Source: Catajapyx aquilonaris (Eukaryota). Taken from it: a stretch of 20,000 nucleotides of DNA. The position numbers were made by a program, and so were the translations under genes. Where the stretch lies: positions 45,144 through 65,143 of the forward strand of contig KZ538510.1 in NCBI GenBank assembly GCA_000934665.2, written 5' to 3'. Positions 1 through 9,700 of the stretch are shown one piece after another (the first letter of the stretch is position 1; every line of letters starts with the position of its first letter). The notes under the pieces are model-generated. The model was not told the DNA's origin, did not search any database, and worked only from the letters and a program-made list of their open reading frames with translations.

Positions 1-796
1 GAACGCCACCGCTTGCGGGGCATTCCTCTTGCACCAGATGCTCCCATCAAATTATCATTGCAGAGTAGCAAAGGAGTGGTAGCTTCAATTTCCTGCATGC
101 CTTGCAGGTCGCCATTGGGAAATGTGACACGGCATTCAGCTGGTGATGTGGTGGCTACTGTGAGTGACGTGAATCCGCCTCGACTCACCTTCCGCAACAG
201 TGCTCGGCAATTTTCAAGTGAACGGGACTCACGCCTCAGTTGTTGTGGGACAGTGAGACGCTGTACTGCTTTTGGTCGAGGAAATAAGTCTAATGAACGT
301 GACTCACGAATGTTGGTTGCTGTGGACCAGACTCCAGGGTCGTGCTCAGAGATAGCTCGTGTATCATCTACTGGTGCACTTGGACGGCGAGAATCACGAT
401 AGCAGGCATCTAATGTCTCGGTTGATTCAGGGAGACGATGCAATGGCCCTTGAATCCCTCGGGCATCGGAGAGCTTGGGACTGCACCGGCGAACATCAGT
501 TGGTCGGCAAAAGAGTGGCGGGAGATCCGGTAGATCCATTTCCCGCTTAAGCACTGAACCTTCACCAGCACCATGTAACCAGTGAGTCATGACTTCACCT
601 TTGCCCTTCAGATGAACTAATCCACGTTCTTCAATGCAGTAGCCACCCAGCTTTTCCAATGCTGCCCGACATTCATTGCTGATATGAATTTTGAGAGGCT
701 CTCCATTTGACTCCATCCGCGATGCTGTGTTGACAGTATCACCAAAGAGGCAGTAGCGTGGCATTGTCAGTCCAACTACACCAGCTACAACTGGGC
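1..796 (-). CDS. Gyc76C: Receptor GC exon, end of cyclase domain plus long C-terminal tail (runs off window edge)
   Basis: atttag acceptor; [32 protein letters not shown]...[11 protein letters not shown], followed by a stop-free tail (PPLFCRP...RKRWRS) to position 1. Absent from the ORF track, probably because it has no stop inside the window. Confidence 0.9.
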
Positions 797-3700
797 CTAA
801 ATAATTGAGATATTTGTTAAGACCAAGTATTAGTGTAATCTTACTCCAACAAAGACCACATACCTGTATGAATGCCTATGCGCAATTTGAGCATATCATT
901 AGGTCGGTGGGCAATTGTGTAGTTCCGCACAGCATCTAGCAGCTCGAGGGCCATGGATGCTATGTGCCCAGCATGATGATCGCCATTTCGAATGGGTAGT
1001 CCTGACACCTGCGGGTAAAGCCTCATAAGATTAAGCAGAAAACAACTATTGGAATTCACATACCACCATGTAGGCATCCCCAATGGTCTCCACCTTGTAC
1101 ACATCATAGCTCCGTATGATGCCATCAAACAAAGTGTAGAGGTCATTCAAGAAGTTCACGACCTACAAGAGCAATGAGTTAGATGTGTCCTGCAAGATCT
1201 AATATATTCAGCCTACCTGAAGGGGTGATGACTCAGCTGACATGGATGTGAATCCAACAATATCACTGAAGTAAATAGTCACGGAATCAAATGACTCAGG
1301 TTCAACACCAGCTCCGCGTGTCAATTGTTCTGCCACAGGCCTAAGGAACACACAAAAAAAAACCCTGATACATATGTTAGGTTCAAACCCGGAAAACGGC
1401 CATACCTAGGTCTGGTCATTTCCAAACCAGCCGGAACTAGGTGTGGTCATTTTAAAACAGCCACAGCTAGTTCTGGTCGTTCCTGCTTATCAATATGCCT
1501 ATGGATATGGACGTGATGGGGCGATGAATGGTGAATAAGAAGTAATGACCAGAACTAGCTGTGGCTATCTTAAAATGACCAGACCTAGGTATGGCTGGTT
1601 TAAAACGACCCCACCTAGATCTGGTATTGTTTCGGCCAGTGGCCGTTTTCGGGGTTCGAGCCTAACACATACACCAACAAAGCTACAACTGCACTCCAAT
1701 GCTTACGCTGGCAACATGCGGTGAAGCAAATCTTCTGTCTTTAACTTTTCCTCATAAAGTAGCCTCGTGCGCTCATTGACTAGATCCTCGAGGTTGTTAG
1801 CATATTTTTCCATCATGGTCATCATCTGATCCATGATATTTGCCTGCCTGTAAGAACATAAATATCTTGTACATTATTACATTTAAAAAATGTTACAATA
1901 TATACACAGTACAGGTAGGCCCTGTTCCATCAAAACAGGTCGGTGGTAAAATGAAAAGCCATAAAACGAGGCCTACCAGTACATATCTGTAAACCTGCAG
2001 CAATGCACCACAAAAAACAAAAGGGGCACATACAGTGTGTTTGGACTCAGAGGTGTTAATATTTTGATTTTCAAAAAATCATCAAATTAATTTACAATTT
2101 ACAATTTTTAAATGCTTTACAGGTCATTTAAAAAGGTAATTAATGTGAAATGCTGCAAAATGAAGCCTCATAAACAATGTCTAGCTGTACTTCAACACTG
2201 CATATAATTTATATTTGATAAATTAAAATAATTGGAATTGCATTTAAGCCAACACATAGAGATATACATAGGCACACTATGCATATACCTCCAAAAATCA
2301 TTGCAAACATGTCCAATCCAATAGTGCAACTTTTCAACATGTCATAGAAGGAATGCTCTAAATACAGACCCATATTTATTTGTTCCTGGAAGCTCTAGAC
2401 AAATAAACTCCATAGACCTTCTTAAATCTACTCCGCAACAAGCAGTTCCTAGAAGTTATTCAATGGAATGCTCTTAGAATCTGGATCAGGGCAAACCGGA
2501 CGCAATCAATCAAAATGAGACCCCAAATTTGCCTACCTACCACAGTTATGTAAAAAAAACTCCTATTCACCCCCCACACTGCAGTAATCATACTTGACTG
2601 GTCTACAAAAAATAAAATAAAACGGAAAAAAGAGAGCCTCTCATCAATGGAAGAAAAAGGGTTGCCGACCTCGGTAAAGAAGCGGTGGAGTGAGTTACAC
2701 TACAACACGCGTTGGGAGGGCAAGGGCAAGAGTGCCCCTTTTTAAGAACCCACTCGCACCTGCCATGCATATAACTCCTTTACCCCCTGATTTTTTGCTT
2801 GCCTGTGAACCTTGAACCGGAAAACCACAGAATCCCGAAAATCCAGCTTAGCCTAAGGCATGGCTGGAAATAGCCATGCAAATAAAATAAAATATCAAAT
2901 TGGCTTTCATGTACAGGTGTGTGGGGCAGGGAATGGGTGGGAGGGGCATGGAGAGTGCATGGTGGCAGACAACTTGATGAGATGCAATGCTGTAACCAGC
3001 AAACCGGTGTTCCCTACTCTCACTCTTACTATAGGCCAGACAGTAGGGAGAAAGGGAAACAATAAGAATGGGAACGCCTTGCAGATGAAGAACATTAAGC
3101 TTGAACTAGTATATCATTTCACTCCTTGTTACTAGAGAAGTGTAAAATCACTGCTACAAGCATCATACTGGTAGTACTTACATGCCCTCCCTCATAGGCT
3201 TCAAGCGGTCCCGAATCACGCGAAAGTTTGGCCTCAGCTCTGGTGGCTCCAACCAGCAGTCTTTCATTGTGTCTAACAGGCACTGGAATTTTGGTGGCAG
3301 CGTGTTGTACTCTTTCAGTATCTCAATGTTGGGCCGGAACGGTTCTCTTCCAATGGTTGGTCCCATCCGCACCATGTCCACAATATCTGTTGAAGTCGAG
3401 GAAGTAAGACACTCTGATTGTACCACCAAAAGATAATGAAATGACTATGTGACTGCAAAAAGGTCACTGACAGAAACCTCATAAAGTTCACATAATCTTT
3501 ATGATAAGTCTCTTTGCTATAGAAACCATGTTCAGAAGAAGTGTTGCACATCAATATTTGTTTGTATTTTGTCACTCTCTAAGTTCACTCACTACCAATA
3601 TGACCAACTACCTTTTGGGTCTAATCCGCACGATCCATACGGGCCTCTTCGTCCCACTATCTCGTACAGTATGACCCCAAAAGCATACACATCCCCCTTC

Positions 3701-6700
3701 TGGGTACCCCGCACTAAGTTAGGATTCCGGAGCAGTTCTGGTGCCTTCCATAATTGATCTGAGGGAAGTAGTAAGCATTCGCCTTTTAATGTACAGTAAT
3801 TTTCTAATCACGCATACATAACTTGCGGCCTCATAGGACAACACTAATGTCACTCACTTTGATAGTAGTGGTGAGGGCCATCTAGGCCAGGCTCTACTGA
3901 CTGACGCAGCTCATGCAGTCCAAAATCAGTAATCTGTAGAATCCAGCGACTAGTCACTACGCAGTTAGAAGACTTCAGGTTGCCATGGACGCCCAAATCA
4001 GTGTCATGCAGAAACGTCATACCCTGAAATCAATGTGAGGGTTAAAACAGCACAAATAACTCCCTGAAGAGCGAGGTTGAAGGAAGAGGTCAAATTTCGC
4101 CTTTCACTAACTGCTTCCATTTGACATGAGGCAGACAAATATTTTCCTCTCCATCAGTGTTCGCCTTCGGAACAATTCCATCATTCTTAAATTTGTTTAT
4201 GTCTGAGCCGTGACTGTCCAATGAACTTGTCACAGCTACAGTTAATCGGGTGCAAGGCTGGGTGTGTGCGTGTGAGTGGGGGGGGGGGGGNNNNNNNNNN
4301 NNNNNNNNNNNNNNNNNNNNNNNNNNNNNNNNNNNNNNNNNNNNNNNNNNNNNNNNNNNNNNNNNNNNNNNNNNNNNNNNNNNNNNNNNNNNNNNNNNNN
4401 NNNNNNNNNNNNNNNNNNNNNNNNNNNNNNNNNNNNNNNNNNNNNNNNNNNNNNNNNNNNNNNNNNNNNNNNNNNNNNNNNNNNNNNNNNNNNNNNNNNN
4501 NNNNNNNNNNNNNNNNNNNNNNNNNNNNNNNNNNNNNNNNNNNNNNNNNNNNNNNNNNNNNNNNNNNNNNNNNNNNNNNNNNNNNNNNNNNNNNNNNNNN
4601 NNNNNNNNNNNNNNNNNNNNNNNNNNNNNNNNCCCCCCCCCCCCCCCCCAATGGCTACACAGCAATGTAAACAGCCACTCTATCTGCTCTGTAATTACGT
4701 TACACAATTTGCCACACGCCAAATATTTCTTTCGCCTCAAATTAACTCTCGACAGCATCCTTTTGATGCCTGTTTTTGCCGACGTGCCAATCTCGGTTTA
4801 TAGACTGCCGATTGCGCGAAAATGATTCCATCACTTCCCTGGTCAACGCCTTGATTATGGTATTCCCCGCACCCCCCACCTTTCCTAGAGCGTCACGAAC
4901 GGTGTTGGTGTAAGGGAGTAAGAGGGTGTGGGTGGGGGAGGGGGCATACCTGCAATCAAGTGGGTCAGCCAAGGTAATTGACCAGCAGCCAAGAGGAAAG
5001 ACAACAAAAAAACAGGAAGAAAACGGGGAAGTCCAAAGCTTAATACTGATTCACGGAAAAAAAAATTGTCACGTGGTCCCACAAACAACGTTACATAACC
5101 GGCTTATCCCAGAAATTACAATCTCCCCCCCCCCCCTCCCCCCTCCTCGATCTCTGAAGAGATGGAGCCTGGTGCCAGCCACGATATCCCTGCCACCTCT
5201 GGTTGGGTGAGACAGACAAGCCATCCTGGGAAGGCTTTACAGTAGCAATACCTGCATACGAAGTCAGATTGGCCACTTACATTGAGGCTGCCCTTGGCAC
5301 AGTATTCCGTGATGATCCGGATCCGGGTGGGTTCCACTAGGGCACCCAGGAAGGAGTTGACGTTGTCGTGTCTCAGCTCTCTCATCAGTCTCATCTCTTT
5401 CATAGTCTCCCTGGAGATGTCCTTCTTCCTGCTGTAGAGCAGGTCCTTGACTCGGACCAACGATCCCCGGTACGTTGCTCTCCGGGCAAACACCTGGTCC
5501 ATGCACCGCGATTCTAGAGACACCATGCTGACCAGGCTGCCCTGTATTACAGGATTCAGGGGAAAAAGCAACATCATCAGTCAGAATTGGCCGACTTGTA
5601 AGACAGGGCCTGCCTGGAGGGTGATACCTGTCCCATACCACGAGTACTGTACAGTACATAGTAAAATATGATGCTGATGTACTTTACTTTAAAGGGGTTA
5701 AGGACTGGTCAGCCAATGATGCCGATGTACTGTACAGTACATGCATTCCCAATACATAACCACATTTCCTAATTACGAGTATTTTGATATGATACAATGG
5801 GCCATGAATAAATAAATAATAAATAAATAGTAGACCCTAATTGAAATCTAGGGGAAAACTTCTAACTTCCGTCAATTTCAGCTACATGATCAATTCAAGC
5901 CAAGCCATTCGACGACGATGCTTCTCATAGAACTATACTATTCTCTCGAGCGTAGCCTAATTAGGTTATGACATACTGTAGGTACCTCTTTTACGTAGCA
6001 GTTTAATTTCGGCGAATACCGGCAGCTAAAGCGCATCACAGGAAGTCCCACGCGCTCTCATCATGATTCCAAAGTAAATTACACTTACAGTATAACATCG
6101 CTCTGCAATCACGGCTCGGATAAAATTTAGGCAAAGGATCGCGATTAATTCGCACATTATACTATACCATTATTATATGTGATTTTATGCAACTGCTTCA
6201 CATGTACGTATATGTTACCTAGTGATGCTGCTATCTTAAGTAGGATGTTTTCAAGAGATAGTGCAGGGCTCAAAATAGCATAACCTTACTTGGGGTGCAA
6301 TGTTTTCCTTTCAATAGCACTCATGCATGCACAATAGGCCTATTATTTTATCGGCGAAATTTTTCCATACAGTCTCGGTTTTTCTAAAAAGAGTCCAAAG
6401 ATCCATGACCTGTTGTAAAAACAGTGGTGTCAATAATCGACCTCGTGCAACTGTGCTTGTCCATATAAGAACTTATGACACCCTTAAAAAGGGAAACACG
6501 ATTATATTGTTGATATAGCAGACTGGCAAATACGTGTAACAAGTTTTGTAAATAATATTTATATATGTTCGCACGCTATACAAAGAGCACTGGCTACTAT
6601 AAGTCCTTTATCGATTAAGAGCATCGACATTAATTACTTCACAGTATCAGGCTAGTATCTATCATCAGGGATCCTTAAGCCGCGGCCATTGGGCGACATC

Positions 6701-9700
6701 CCTGGGACATGAATAGTGTTTTCACTGGTTATACTGTACAGTTTCTTTATTCTACAAGTACTTCCCCTAAAATGTGCAACTTCGAGTGTGCAACTTCGTA
6801 GGAAATAAACTGAAATATTCATAAATTTAATCAATTTTATTCGCCTGCTTATTTTCCCATGAACTCCTTGTTATTCTTAGGGAGAATGATGAGGGGGTTG
6901 AAGGTGGGGAGAGGAGGAAGGAAGGAAGGACGATATATCTCTCAACCCACACGCAAGTCAAGTCCCGCTGTTTACATAACGTTCTGAGTTAATTTTACAC
7001 AAATGCCCCGAGCATGTTTACTGACGATACTCATACAGTACGTTATGTTTCATTCTGAGCACAATTACTGCTCTCAATTAATGACTTCCTCTGAAAAATT
7101 AGAGAATCCCTAACCTGTATAACATTGCTTTTCGCCATAACCATTTCTGTATAGCATTGTCGCCATTTACTCTAGTAACCACCTGCACCAAGCCCGATCT
7201 GAAGTAATTATATCCATTCAATGCAAAAATAGACAGGTTAGAATAGGAAATTTCATCGCGAAGGTTTTTTTAAAACACCTAACACTCGAGGTAAAGGGGG
7301 TGGTCGCAGGTTACTTGACTATCATAAAAGGGGGTCGCGACCCGAAAAAGGTTGGGAACCACTGGGTTAGAGCAATTTTACAAGTTGTGCCTACTTGTGT
7401 GTCAAAGCAGTAGTGTATTGTATACCTGCTCGCTATAAAAAGTCCTCGCCCATTTGAAGGCTACCATATCGCCCGGCACGGCGCTGTTGGGATATTTGTC
7501 GTGATTCACCATTCGAGCTCGGGCATTGCTTATCGTGCCCAAAGAAATGTTCCCAATACTCCACTAGTCAGGTTTATCCAGCTCGCCTACACAAACAGTC
7601 TGCGATCCGATTTGAAGCGCATGCTGCTCAACAGTATATATAGTATATATAGTATATAGTAATATTACGCTAAAGGAAATCCAGCAATACGTCCGAAACG
7701 TATGTAGTACAGAGCAATTTCAAACTTTTAAAAAACAACACATAATAAACACAGCACTCGATACGCCTGTCCACGTAATGTGAGCCACGAATGTCCAGCA
7801 ATTAAACCTCGCAACGGCCATTTTATCAATAATAAAAATACGTCACCGTACCAATCAGGCTATGGCATTGTGCGATTTGATATATCAACGTGTGCTCACC
7901 GTTAGGCCTACCTTGCTGTAAACAACCTTCCCCCATTACATTAATATTACGTGCACACTTGAATAAGCTAAATATGTAGTGCGCATTTGAATGGTGCGTT
8001 GACCCTCTAGCCCAATGCTATTGAAAAGGGTCAGGCGACCCCACATACACGCCCACCCTTGCCCGTAAGCTTCGTCGCTAACGGCAACGTTTGTAACTGT
8101 ACGCAGTATAGTCTAAATCAAGTCGAGTTTTGAACTCGAGGTAAATACTACGCTCACTACTTGAGAAGGTCGATTTCGTTTCCCATAAGTGTTTAGCTTT
8201 TGCCATGGCAACTCTGAATATAGGCTTGTTATGAACTGTACGGTACAGCTTCCGGATAAAAGGTCCTAATCAAGACTCGACAAACAACTTTTTGTTCGCT
8301 CGCTAGACCAACACAGCAGGTGGGTACCTGGAATTTGCATACAATTAGACTATTTCATCCTTCTATGAATCTTCCCACTATCCCACTGCGTCGCCCAGCC
8401 TGATGCTTCATTACACACAAGCAGCTCGTCATTTACATGTATACCGTATATATGCTTTCTCTGAATACGCCGTGGACTGTATATGTTACATAAATCATAC
8501 TTTCAGCGAAATTCCATGCTACAAGTACATGATTTCTAAAGCTCTCACCGACAGACTGGAAGATCTTCATGCGCATTATTTAAAAAAAAAAAACTTTCCA
8601 GGTACTCAAGGACACGAGTTCCTGATACAGTATAAACCAACCGAGATTTTTCCTGATTTCCTCGTAGGCCTACAACATGTTTACTGCATTTCTCATAACT
8701 GCACCACATAAATCGGAACGTTGCTACCCCTCAAATGTTATCCAGTATCATTTCGGTGACTAATTTCATCATCCGCGTAGTTGTCTTGCATCGCCTACGT
8801 ACAGTATATCCCGCCACAAAATGTGTCGCAACATAATATGTAAATTCCATCTTTACCTTACTGGCCGAATTAGGGTCTCTTCCGCCAATGTTGACCAAGT
8901 CCCTCGGATCGATCTTCCAGAGTAACCCTTCGATCTCCTGCTCGATCTTCCACTTCCGGTACAGGGAGATGGCAACCACCGTGGCGCAGAAGAGAAGTCC
9001 TCCCAGGGTGCCCGCAGCTATTACCCCAGCAGTCTGCTTGTTCCGGGTATTCCGACACTTCTTCCCGTTGAATCCGCACATGGGCTCGTCTTCTGGCTTG
9101 TGTCTTTTCGGCCAATCCACCTCCAGAGTCGGACGGAGTTGCTGGCAAGAAACGGGCACGTCCGTATCACTAGTTATATACTCGCTAAGAGCAGAGCACT
9201 ACTTGTGAGATATTTCCAGAAGGCGTTTGAGAGGGCAATCAGTCGCTGTTAATTATTAATTACAAACTGGGTCATGATAAGGCACACTGAGAGTCGAACT
9301 CAGGATTATCATCAAACCAGAAGGCTACCATTACACAAAGTCCTAACCAAGTCTGGCAATAACTGGGGCTAGCCTTGGACGAGAAGCGCAACAAGAACAT
9401 GAGGATGAGGGACATTTCGCAAATTTTTTTGACGGCCAAGAACGCCCAAGAACGTCTTAATTTTGACATCTGCGAGTCACGCGATGCCACACATGTGGAC
9501 AATGTCACTGGCGCAAACTATGCCGCCTCTACTCCGCTAACAAGCTCCACAAATCATTGAAATATATGGGCCTTCTCCTAAAGCTCTCACGATGACAAGA
9601 AAACCAGTCCGCCGGCTGGAGAAAGGAAGGCAATTTCTACGTAACGTGCCCTTGCTCCTTATTAGCAACCGTTCCCATTTGGGTTCTATTTTCCCGCTAT

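Noticed and set aside
13..550. Plus-strand ORFs of 129 and 63 aa
   Set aside because: Antisense shadows of the guanylyl cyclase tail exon; no independent protein features.
1843..1849. Second AG 4 nt inside the hinge exon (cagGCAG)
   Set aside because: Using it would shift the frame; the upstream AG keeps the phase.
4090..4825. Five long ORFs on both strands
   Set aside because: Artefacts of reading through the N gap.
8122..8281. 12-bp imperfect inverted repeat gtcgagttttga / tcaagactcgac
   Set aside because: Too short and no TSD; cannot be called a transposon without a library search.
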